The translations under genes and the position numbers were made by a program. A DNA stretch of 64,000 nt from the human T2T-CHM13v2.0 reference genome, Homo sapiens. The notes beneath the pieces were generated by a model, which saw nothing but the letters and a program-made list of their open reading frames with translations, was not told where the DNA came from and ran no database searches. Below, piece after piece: positions 45,601 through 60,829 of the stretch. The first letter of the stretch is position 1; each line of letters starts with the position of its first letter. The DNA lies in NCBI RefSeq assembly GCF_009914755.1, contig NC_060925.1; one strand, given 5' to 3'.

Positions 45601-48359
45601 CGGTCATGTGTGGGGACGTGGGCCACAGGACTGAACGGAGAGTCTGGTGTGTGCATCTGCATGTGTATGTGAATGTGTGTGTGTGCACGTACATGTGTGT
45701 GAGTGTGAGTGTGCATACACGTGGGGGGAAGGGGGACCCGGGGACCCGCATCCGGTCTCGTTTGCCAAGGCAAAGCCCCGCCTCGCATTCCTCTGAGAAG
45801 GAATCTTCAGCGTCAGCTGTCTCCCTGCTTCCTTTTCTTTTCTGGGACCTCATTCCCCTCCCTCTAGCTTGAGGCTCTGAGAATCGCTCCCAAATTTGTC
45901 CCCAGTGAGAATGCCAACCCAGCCAAGGGATTCTGTAATATAGTTCTCAAGGGACCCGAGGCGCTAGATGGAGGGGTTTGTGTGTTTCTCTTAAAGGAAG
46001 TTGGGAGAAAGGGCTGGGGGATGGCGAGAGATTTCCGGAGGCACAAATCAACTGCTAAGAGTAGGTCAAACAGCCTTCTTAGATGCCGGACAAAGAAGCA
46101 GCCGTTCTCCCTCCACCCCCAACACCATCTCTGGCGCCTCCATGGGACAGAGAGAGCGGCGACATGCCCTGAAATGGACTTGTTAGGCAGTCAGGGCCAT
46201 GCTGAGAAATCCTTGTAAATTAAAGGAACAGACTTTGCCAGGGGAAGGGGGCTGGGCTGGGGTGGAGGTAGGTATGCCCAAAATCTGCCAAGCCCCAGGT
46301 ACCTTAACACCAGACCTCATTTGTTCCTTCTCAATCCCTGGGAGAGCAACAAGATGATCCCTCTTTTACAGAGGACGAAGCGGGGAGCTCCACGGGCAGC
46401 TCAGAGAGGCCAAGCCACTTGCCCATGTTCACACAGACAGTGGCAGAGCCAGGATGCAAAACCCTTTTCCACCATCGAAGGCTGCCTCACTGGAAAATCA
46501 GAAATAAAGAATCCGTATCGGTGCCAGCTTCAGAAATAACGAAAGTGTCAATGGGAGTGGCAGGGAACAAAGCCCTCAGCTTTCTATTCCAGGGCAGCCT
46601 TCGGGCTTCGGGACATTCAGGGGCCAGCACCCACCTGCTTGAGGGCCCCCCTGGGGTGTGACGGGAATGGGCGGGGGACACTCCAGCTGACCCACCCACC
46701 ATCCCTTTTTGGAGTCCTCCATTCCAGCCGACAGCCCAGCCCCTTCCGGCTCACAGTCAGAAATAGCTGTGACAAAAGTCCCTCCCATCCCAGAAAGTGG
46801 CTTTTTAAAAAAATGTTTAAAACAGACATACAAAAAGGTGGAAAGAACATAACAAAGCCTCGACTGCTGGCGGATGATGCGGGCATCATGTCGAGGCGGG
46901 GAGGCCAGCTCTGCACGGCAGATGGAAGGTCTGTCCAGCTCAGCACTGAGGGCCAGCCCCCCTCTGGGCCTTGGTTTCCCCACCTTTAAAATGAAAGTAC
47001 TCAGCTGAATCAGCGGTTTCTTTCTTTTTAAAACAGCAGAACCCTTTTTAAAATGGAATACTTTTTGGACAGTCTGGGAGTCAGAGAGGCATGGAGCTAT
47101 GGTGGGCAACATGGGTCAAATCTCAGGTACTCAGCCTCCCACTGTCCCCCGAGTCTCCCAAGGCGCCCTGCTATGGACTCCAGGGCTCTAAAAAGCCCAC
47201 CTGAAAGCCACCAGGCTGAATGATCACAGTGGTCTCTCCAGGCTCCCAAACCACCCTCCAATCACCCCAGGCACCAGGAAAAAAAGAAACCTAGCCTCCA
47301 GGCTGACTTCAACTGGGGGGCGCATACAGTCAGCCACTCGCACGGGAGGGAACCAGGCCAGCCAGCTGCAAATCACACTAGGCCTGAGGGGGCCAGGATG
47401 GCTGGACAGGCTTCTGGACAGGGACACCAGGCCCCCAAAAGAGTCGCCCTGTCTGATAGGCAGCTAGGCCAGCACTACTAGCGCCGGGCAACTTCCTCTA
47501 CCAGCCCAGGGCAACTTCCCCTACCAGTCCATGGCAACTTTGTGACAGCTGCCAGGCTGGAGGGACCTTTTTCTTGACAGCCTTAAAGATTTCCTGCATC
47601 CTTCCTTGGAGCCAATGAAGACAGGGGAAACGGTTGAACCGGTTAAGCCTGGGGATGGGATGGCCAGCGCTGCCTATGCCTGGAGCCTGGACCCTAGTTA
47701 TCTGGGGCAGAGATAGGAGAGGGAAGGGGAAGCCCAGAACAGAGAAAGGCTTCAGCGAACACAGTGTGGTCTCCAGAGGCAGAAAGATCAGCCACAACAC
47801 GGGCCTCTTGGAGTCACTGACCTAAAGTAGAGAGCAAGCTGAGAGAGATCACCCACAGGAACTCCTGCATGTAAAGGTGGAGGAGCTGAGGCCCAGAGAG
47901 GGCAGCGGTTGGCCAGAGGTCACACAGCACCTAGTGGCAGAGCTGGACCTAAAGTCCAGGTCTCCTGGATGCCAACTCAGGGAACTCTCCACTGTTGAGT
48001 TCAGATAAACTCAGTGGGAAACTCCAGGGAAAAGCCCCCAGCTTGCAAAGTCAGAACAAGATATTTTAGTGGCCCTGGGTGGTGACAGAGTAGAGATGTT
48101 TGTTTTGGTTTCCAAATCAACGCTTGACAACCTCGTCCTCATTGCGGCTTCAGCGACCACATTTCCCACGTGGTAAAGACCTGGTTGGGCCAAGGGAAAA
48201 CCAAAGCAGTGGTGACTGGGGCCAGGACCCAGGCACCCCAGGCCAGGGGCTCTGGTTTGGGTTGGTGTTTCCAAAGCACAGTTTGTGGACCACTGATGGC
48301 ACATGAGATGATGCTCGGTGGTATACAGTTGACGTTTTAAATTTAAAATACATTGAATA

Positions 48360-48770
48360 CCTGGGTGGATTCATAAACACAATATGGTCTATACTACAGA
48401 GGAATATTTTTAGCTATAAAAAGGAACAGCCTACAAATACATGCTACAACATGGATGAACTTCAAAAAAAATTCTCTAAGTGAAAAAAGCCAAACACAAA
48501 AGACTGCAGAGTGTATGTTTCTATTTCTATGAAATGTCCGGAAAAGGCTAGTTTCTAGAGACAGAGCAGGTCAGTGATTACCTGGGCTGGGCTTGGAATT
48601 GGAATTTTCTGTAAATGGACATGAAGGATCTTTTTGGGGGCTGATGCAATGCCCTAAAACGGGATTGTGGTAATGACTGCACAACTCTGTGAATTTACTC
48701 ATCTTGACTTGTACACTTAAAATGGGCAGTTTTTGTGATATGCAAGTTGTACCTCAATGAAGTTGTTAAA
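48360..48770 (+). mobile_element. Old L1 (L1MB/L1MC-like) 3' fragment
   Basis: catgctacaacatggatgaacttcaaaa...ctaagtgaaaaaagccaaacacaaaag...tgcacaactctgtgaattta is typical L1 3'UTR sequence. Confidence 0.8.
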
Positions 48771-51560
48771 ATATTTTATGTACGTAATAGCACAGGCGGT
48801 AGTACATGGATGTGGCCAGAAATCATGGAGGTGGAACTCAACAAGCGTCCGGCTTGAAGATCGCTGAGCCTCGCAGCCTAAGTTGTCCTTTGGGGAAGCA
48901 AGTGGGGGTCTCTGGAGCTGCAGCTTCCTCCAGGTGGACCAGGGGAAACCCTGGAACCTTTCCCTTCTGGGTTAGGCTCCTTCTGGGCATCATTGCTTGG
49001 AGTTCTGTAATAGATATCCTGGGATGATTTAAAGCCCTTCATGGCCACAACAGTCCAGGCAGACACCTGGGTCTCATCCCTTAGACGGTGACTTCTCTTA
49101 TGGCCAGGGGATCAGAAGCGGGCTGGGAGCTCAAACTCAGATTTATATATTGCCAAGGCTGGGAAGACCCTTTGAGATCATCTAGCCCAGTGGTTTTTCA
49201 ACTTTTTAAAAAATGTTTATCAAATGTCTGCCCTCCTCCCCAAAGAAAATTCTTAGGGATACCCAAAACATACTACTAACAAGTTAGCATGTTAGTAGAA
49301 CCCAGTGAGTTAATATTAAGAACTTAAAGGTGGGTGAGCACATTTTTATCACTGTATTAACGTCTTAATGTTCTTTTAAATGATCATTTTTATTAGATAT
49401 TCAAGGAAACCCTAAAGCATCTCTAAGAAAGCCTGGGGTTTCAAGGACCGCAATTCTAGCCCCCCCTCAACCTCACTTCACAGACGGGGAAACTGAGGCC
49501 CCAGGAAAGGAATATACCTGCTTTGGAAAAATCCAACATGAGTCTTGAGTTAACTTCAGAAAATAAATGGAAGACAAGGTGTGCACGCATCCCAGAAGGG
49601 CGGGAAGAGAGACGCCCGCACTCCACCTGTCTCAGCAGCACCGTCTCATTCCAGGCCAGCGCCAGAAGCTGACATCACACCCCACGCCCTGGGTGCAACT
49701 TGAATAGATCGTTGCTCAATGCCAACCCATCTCCCTCCAAGACTGGGCACGGTTTTTCCATCACCTTAGTAGCCAGGTCCAAAAAGCACACACACAATAA
49801 AACAAACACAACACAAGCCTGAGGCATGACAACACAATCAACAGTGGCAGACAGGAGGGCCCGGCCCATCCCTCCCCAGTTTCACCATTGAGAGCAAGTG
49901 CCTGCTTCCCTAGCCTGCCCCAATGACATTGACCATGAGGGGCGGCGAGGTGGCCTCCCTGTGGCAAGGCACCAGGCGGGCCATTCTCAAGTCCTCCAGA
50001 GAAACAGGTAACCCAGGAGAGAAGCCCGTCTCCCAGTGGAGTGTAAGACCTACCCCCAGGAAGCTAGGCGCCACATGAGAGAGCTTGAGGACTCTCAGCA
50101 TTTCTACTCCCTGCTAGCTTGACAAAGTGCCTATCATCTTTAATAACACCAGCATGATTACTTTATACCTCCCAAAGAGCATCACCATCCTGCTGTCTCC
50201 TCGAGCAACTGTGGGCAGATTTTATTATTCCCATTTCTCTGATGAGCAAACAGGCTTTCAAGTGATTTGATAATCTCACCAGCAGGTATAAGGCTGGCAT
50301 TTGAATCCTACCCAGTTGCTAGCCTGTCCAATGGGAGAATACGGAAGGAGACCTATGCCCAGCTCCCTGGACAGACCTTTAGAGATGGAAGGAAGGGTCC
50401 TTCTCAGTACATCCTCCAAGCCCTGGAGTTCAGAGCCAATAGCTCCGAATGGAAGGCTGCCTGTGCCTGGAACAGCGATTGCCAGGGCCAGAGGGCCCCT
50501 TCCCCAGCCAGGCCTGAGATGCCAAAGACAGACCCTTCTTCTCTTATGGGAAGAGGAGGAGGATAGGAGACCCCTCTCCTCTTATCGGAAAGCCAAGCAG
50601 ACAGTATTGTCGGCCAGACTGCAGACAGGAAGCAATGACAGTTTCCCAGCTGGGGAATCTGGGCTAGGCAGGAATGCACTGGCCAGTCTTGCAGAGTCTG
50701 GACCCCAGTTCTAGCCAGAGATTGTGGTCTCAGTCCATTCAATGTCCAGTCTCCAGCCCAACATTATCTTCTCCTGGGGGCTTTTAAGGCTGAGTTTGTT
50801 AGGGCTCAATAAACCATGAGACTCAGGGAGTGGGGAGAAGAGGGATGAAAGGAGGCATTTTATAAAAGCTTGTGAGCAGTCTGTTGTAGTTGTGGTTATC
50901 CAACCCAGCAAGCTGGACCTTACAGAGCTGGAGCAAGACGGCAGACACTGGCCCCAGGGGGTAGGGGCAGATCCATCCATTTTCAAAAACGTGATCTCAT
51001 TTAATTCAAGAAATAAAAAGGCAGTGGGTTGGTTAGAGTTTTTCTTTTCATATGTTGAGGGAGGGGAGCATATTTCCTACTTCCTTGGTAAAAATACTTA
51101 TGCTAGGAGACAGACTAGCCAGGAGTGGTTAAAATCTCTGGTTGAAATCCCGGTTTCACCACTTACTCGCCAAGCCACCTTAGGCAAATCACTTAGCATT
51201 TCTGCACCTCGGTTTCCTCATCTGCGAGATGAGGATAAGACTGCCTTACACAATACGCTGTATTGTGCTGAGAATTAAATGAGATCGCATAAAACACAGA
51301 CAGTTATTATGTCACCTAGAAAACAATGTGCCTCACCAGTGACAGCATCGAGGTGGCCCCCACGGTAGCCAGCGCCCGCCCCCATCCTGGGATCTAGATA
51401 ACTGGGCCTTCCTGGCGTACGTAAGACGCTCTGCAAACACAGCTTCCAGCCCACCTGCCAGTACCAGCTGCCCGCCCGGCCCCCGTCCCGCATACGCATT
51501 CCGCGGCAGCCTGGACCTGGGCGCCCCGTCCCAGGGCGGCGGGGGAGGGGCGGCCACTCA

Positions 51561-53117
<1,557 letters not shown>

Positions 53118-54282
53118 CTAGCCTGGGGAGGCCCAGATCGACCTTTCGGGGATAAGAGGGCGCCCGTGCCCCACGCTGCGGACCCGGGGGTGGGCTCCTC
53201 GAATGCTAGCTGCGGGCCTTGTCCTCTCGAGATCGGCCCGGGCACAGCTAAGCCCGCTGGTTCCCCCGCCCACTGAGGAGCCGAGCAGCATGGGGGTTGG
53301 GGAGGCCGAGCAAGACCCTCCCGGGATGACACCCACAAACTCGGCCTGGGCCTCGCCTCTGCTGAGCTGCTCAGCACCTCCCCACCACCCACACCCACAC
53401 GCTGAGATGAAGCTGACCCCGAGAGCTGGGGATTCATTTCACAGACATGGGGCTTAGCGGGCCGCCTGGGGCAGACCGAGGCAACCCGAGGACCCATTCA
53501 TTCATTCATTCATTCATTCAAATGTTTTCACACCTACCACGTTAAAGGCCAAGTTCTCCAGTCTCTGGTGTCTCCTGAACCGTGTTGCAAACATTAGTAT
53601 ATGTCAGGCGCCATACTTATTTATTATCCCCATTTTACAGAGAAGGTCACTGAGACGTTAAGTAGCCACAATGGTCCAAAGTGCATGCTCTAACCGGCCT
53701 TCCACAATGCTGGCCTCGGGCCTCGTGTCCATTTCCGCATTTGGTCCTCACCGCAAACCTCAGAGGGGAGGTGACCCCCACCTTGAACCCCCACCTTTGA
53801 ACGCCTGTGGCTTGCATTGTATGCACTTAACCAGATATGTGGCATGTTTCAGATACTTCCGACTGCATTTTTTACTAGCAGTTTAATTTTTGTCTTGTTA
53901 TTAACTTTTGTGTTTGTTTTGTCTCTTTGTATGTAAGCTTGAGGACAGGCACACTGTCTTACATGGACAATGCCTTGGTGTTCTTGGTGACAAAGGAGAC
54001 ACGGGCTTGCCCTGGAGTGATGTGGCTGTGATGTTAGTCTGCTGTGTTTTTGATTTAGCCACAAAAGCAAACCTTCCCCATAGTTCCTTCCCTCAACCAC
54101 AGTTCCTTGCTTCCTGCCAACACGGACTCACCTTAAACACCCAGCTCTGAAACTCACTCATCTAGAAACCTTTCTCTGCTTAACCCAACCCAGTCTGGAC
54201 ACTGCCCTTTACTCTTCGTTCTCTCGTCTCTTGATGATGTTCTTGTTTATCTAACCTAAGGAATCAAAACCCCTTTGCCTTG

Positions 54283-55080
<798 letters not shown>

Positions 55081-55578
55081 CACACCTGGGGAGTGGCTCC
55101 CTGCAACCTCTTCCAGGAAGGATCTGTCCTTCCAACAAAGTTGCCCTGGAATTGGGGTGTGCAGCCCTCCTTGAGGGTGGGGGCAGCCCTGCCCTGGGCC
55201 CTGGAGATATTCAGACTTTCCGTGATGACTTGTGGAGCACCTGCTTCGGCACAAATCCTGCATTAAATGCAGAGGAAGGAGCTAAAGGGGCTCCAGGGGA
55301 GCTGATGGAGACAACCAAAAAAGACCATCCTGAGGCATGGGAGGGGGTGCAGAGGGGGGAAAAGGAGATGGCCAAGCAGAGCCCAGAAGATCTGAAGGAA
55401 TTGAGGGAAGTGGTAGCTGGACCTGAGAGGGTTTTCAGCTGAACCCTAGAAACATGATATGTGCAAACAAAATGGCTTGAAAATAGCTTCGTGGCCACAT
55501 AGGAATAAAGGCGGGTGCTGCGTGTCTTGCTCTTTGTGGGTAAAATGTGAGGTTAGGTTAACCTAACAGTCCTCCAGC

Positions 55579-55686
55579 TAGGGTGACCAACCATCCCAAT
55601 TTATCAGGAACTGAGAAGGTTTCTCTTGATGCTAAAACCTGGAAAGTAAATCAGAACGAGCAAATCAGAACAAATGTGTCACCCTA
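55579..55686. mobile_element. hAT-Blackjack-like MITE (MER81/MER94-like)
   Basis: Terminal inverted repeats tagggtgac (55579-55587) / gtcacccta (55678-55686); 8-bp target-site duplication cctccagc / cttccagc (7 of 8 match). Confidence 0.8.
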
Positions 55687-56809
55687 CTTCCAGCCCATAT
55701 CAATCTGGAGGCATCTGAGGCCAGAAGTCCTATAGCTCAGGATACAGCCAGCCCAGATTTCTTGTTTCAGGGACCAGAAAACTGAGGACCACAGAGAGGT
55801 AAGGACTGACCCAGGTCTCCTGAATAATTGGTATCAAAGCCTGGTCTGGAATTCTGGTCCCATTCCCTTTCCAATGGTAGGTCCTCCCTGGCCCAGACAA
55901 TGAATTCAGTGGTCTCCTCCCCTTAACCCCAGACACTGGCAGGCTGGCTCCCCCATTCAAGATCCAAAGGGGGCTAAAGGTGGGTCCTCAAGGCAGCGGA
56001 AGAGTTCCAACAGACAAAGGAACATCCCTGTGGGGGACGCCAGCCTCCTCTCACTAAACAAGGATAATTAGGTTTTTGTTTTTTGGCAGGGTACCTCCCC
56101 TTGACCCTCAAAGTCACAGCGGTGTGTCTAACCTGTCCAGACTGTTTTTGGAGGCAAGAGTGGGGAGTGGAAAAAGGTGGGCTTTTAAGACAAGAGATTG
56201 GCTAAGGTTTGTATCTAAGTCACTTTACCTCTCTGAGGCTCTATTTCCTCATCAGGGAAATGGGCATAACTGCTCTCAATGAACAGTTGCTGAATGAATG
56301 AATAAAAGAATTAAGAAATGAATGAGAAAATGACTTTTATTCTTCCTGCCCCACTCCCCAGCCATTTCACCTGCTAACAACTCCTCATCCTTCAGGTCCC
56401 AGCCTCAAGCACGGAACCTTCTCTTCTCGGAAACTTCTCTTCTCGGAACCTTCTCAAGTACCTGCCAGGTCTGGGTGGAGGGTGCTTCCTCCAGGCTCTG
56501 CCAGCACTGCCCACCCTGTGGCAGCCCCAAGTATACGCTCTTGTCATTGCTGGATTTCTCATCTGCATCTCCACCCCTTCTAGCCCAGCCTTCTAACACT
56601 TGCTAACCCATATTCTCTATTAGAGCAGAAGCACTTGATCAGATTCACCCTGGAACCCATATCCTGGCATGGTACCTGGCACATAATAGGTGCTCAACAA
56701 AGATGAGTTCAGGTGAACAAATGAATGAGCTGTTAGTTACTGGAGAAATTCCTGTAAAGTGGATCATGGCTGCTTAGGAAATGTTATATTTGCAGAACGT
56801 AATTGCATT

Positions 56810-57130
56810 TCTTTTTTTTACTTTATTGAGGAATATTTTACATATTATGTAATTCACCCATGTCAATGGTTTTTAATAAATTTACCAAGTTGTGCAAACA
56901 ACGCTATAAACCAGTTTTAGAATATTTCATCATCCCCACTCCTACCCCCTGCCCCAGACAACCGCTAATCTGGGATCTGTCTCTATGGAGTTGCCTTTTC
57001 TACATATATCAGATAAATGACATTTTACAATATGTGATCTCTTGTGTCTGGCCACTTTCATTGAGCACAATGTCTTTGAGGCTCATCCATGTGGTAGCAT
57101 GTATCAGTAGTTTGTTCCTCTTTATAAATG
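56810..57130 (-). mobile_element. Old L1 3' fragment
   Basis: ctttattgag...aatttaccaagttgtgcaa...tttgaggctcatccatgtggtagcatgtatcagtagtttgttcc. Confidence 0.75.
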
Positions 57131-57220
57131 ATCTCTTTTTAAATTTCAATAGTTTTAATTTTTCCTTTTCTGTACTCAGTTCTTCATCTGGAAATAAGAC
57201 TATAGGACTATCTGACCTGG

Positions 57221-57835
<615 letters not shown>

Positions 57836-59539
57836 TCATACATGGAAAGTCAGTATGTTCGATAAATGCTCAATCGATGCCAGCAATGCTCAATAAATGT
57901 TAACTATTATCATTGTCATTTTTTAACTTTTTTGCTTAAGCAAATATGGAAAGCCCATAAAATGTATAAAGAGGCAGGAAAAAAACAAACATCTCCCACA
58001 GTCTCACACCCAGTGGCCCTCTGGCACCAAAGTTCAGTCCTGCTGCCAGGGAGAATAAACTGCTCCCCACTCCTCGCATCCCCCGTCCCCACCCCTAGGC
58101 TGCAGTTTCCAGAACATTCCTATCAAGTCTCTTCATGGTGGAATTAAAGAGAACAGTAAAACATGATGGTACAGAGGATAGGGAGTGGCTGTGAGTCCAC
58201 ATGAGGCTGCACGTGAGAATTCAGCAGCACAGGCGAATTCCTGAGATGTCCCATCTCTCCTCCCAAAAAACAATGACAACAGCTAAGAAAAAAAAAAAAA
58301 AAAAGCTTGGCAAAAACAGTGACTCTTACTGGTTTTGGCAGTGGCAGCTCATTGCTGGGCCTCAGCCTTCACAGGCACCTCAGGGCTTATGAGCGGCTTA
58401 AGCTGCTTGTTGGCTCAACAATTATTCTGGGTGGGTTTGCCTTCCTCAAAAAGGGCGTGGATTTTGCCAAAGTCAGGGCATTGGAGTGTCCCCCTGGCTG
58501 CCCTGACAGCACTGATCTTGGTCAGTAGCCCTGGGGGAGCCCTGGTTGCCTTTGGCACCTTCTCCAGGCCTCCCGGTAGAGGCAGCTTAGGCGGCCTCAT
58601 CTGTTCTGGCCGTGTGGTAGTGTCGTTAGGTACAGGGGACGAGGGCCAGGCTCCATCAAATATTAACAGAGTGATTTTGAGCGAGTCACTCAAACGCTCT
58701 GTGCCTCAGTTTCCCCTCTGTAAAACGGGAAGGTAGACATCCATAGGTCTGCTGGGAGGATCAAAACAGAAGTCCACAGGTATGACACATTTGGAGCAAT
58801 GCCTGGCACATATTAGGCACTAGCTATTATAACCCAATGCTTCTTGAATCCCTGGTATGTGCCAGGCACTGTTTGAGGTGGTGGTTTAAGTTCTATGTGA
58901 CAGATGATCAATGCCGGGGTTTGCAGAGGCCTTATCAGGGCCACACTCAATCACTTTAGGGGGAGCCCTGGGCCTGGCATGGGGCCCTTGCCTTCAGACC
59001 TTATTCCCTCATTCCCATATGATGGGCACCTGTTGAACACCTCCTGCAGCCAACTCTCTCACTAAAACTCTGTATGTTAAGAAGACCTTCTTACTGATGG
59101 GGAAACTGAGGCTCATAGGGGAGAAAGGGCTTCTCCAAGAACACACAGTTCATGGCATAGCTAAGCTTTGAATCCAGCTTTGAATTCCAAGGCCAGCCCC
59201 TCTCCTGCTCTGACTGTAGCTCCTCCCGCAACAACTCAAAAGTAGAACATTAAACATGGACTGGAGGAGCGTGTTTTGAAATGACTTCTGTCAACCTAGT
59301 TCACTGTGTCAGTGGAAACCTCCAAATGAGTGGAAGGGGGCATAGAGAAGAGAAGGACAGGAGCACCATCGGCAACCCTGGAACCAGGCAGAGAAGCAAC
59401 ACCACACACTCGGGCCCCTGGGTCTTTGCACCTTCTGGCTTCTCCTCCAAGACACCATCCCCCTCCTCACTGGCTGGCCCTTGCTTATTGGCCAGAACTT
59501 AGCTTTGGGAGCCCTTCTCCTTCTCTTTTGTTGTCTTGT

Positions 59540-60215
59540 TTTGACTTTGCATAGAGGTGCGTATATAGGTAGAGTGCACAAATACTAATCGTAGAGCTCT
59601 ATGAATTCCTACATATGCACCCCCGATGAGCTCACCAGGTCATTTCCCACACACCAGAAGGTCCCTTCATGCTCCTTCTCAGTCGATACCTCCCAAAGGT
59701 AACCAGGTGCTGACTTTTCTTTCCCCAGATTCCTTTCTAGGCTTCATTAAATGGAATCATACGGTCTAGTTTTGGCTTCTTTTGTTCAACCCTACATGTA
59801 TGAGATTCATCCATTTAGTTGTGTGTTGTGTTTTGCTTCATCCATTTAGTTGTGTGTTGTGTTTTGCTCTTTTTCTCTGCTACATAAAGTTAGATGGTGT
59901 GAGCATCACCATTTATTTATCCATTCTACTGCTGATTTGGGCTGTTTCTTAGTTTGGGGCTACTAGGAGTCAAGCTGGAACCTTCTCATATACATCTTTT
60001 GGTGAACACAGTACTTGTTCGTCTTGGGACTCGCCCCAGGGGCAGGATTGCTGTGTCACAGGGGACGCACATTTTTAACATTGGCAAATACTGCCAAACA
60101 GATTTTCAAGTAGCCATGCAATTTTACCTCCCCACCGGCAATGCATGAGGGTTCTGATTGCTCCACCTCCCAGCTAACATTTAATAAGTCAGTCCCTTTT
60201 ATGTTAGACTTTCTG
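59540..60215 (-). mobile_element. Old L1 (L1MC/L1ME-like) fragment
   Basis: aatggaatcatac...tgagattcatccat...tttatccattctactgctga...gcaatgcatgagggttc. Confidence 0.7.
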
Positions 60216-60527
60216 GTGAAGGTGAGGGCAGCACTTTTTCCTAGAAGCCACCCCACACCCCGTAACCCAGGGTAGGGACCTCCTGTTCTTCTCCATTGTA
60301 AGCATTCATTTCTCTGTAGCATTTCCACCAGTTCACTGTCTTCCCCATCTCAGGAAGGGAGGGCTTATTGAGGGAGGGAAGGACACTATCTGCCCGACTC
60401 ACAGCTCCTTCCGGAGGGAGAAGCCAGACCCTATGGCCCCAGCCCCAAGCACTCACCTTCTGACTCTTCTCTCTACAGCCAGAAGTCCTGCCCTGAGGAC
60501 ACAGTACCCCTGTCTTTGATGTGCCCT

Positions 60528-60829
<302 letters not shown>

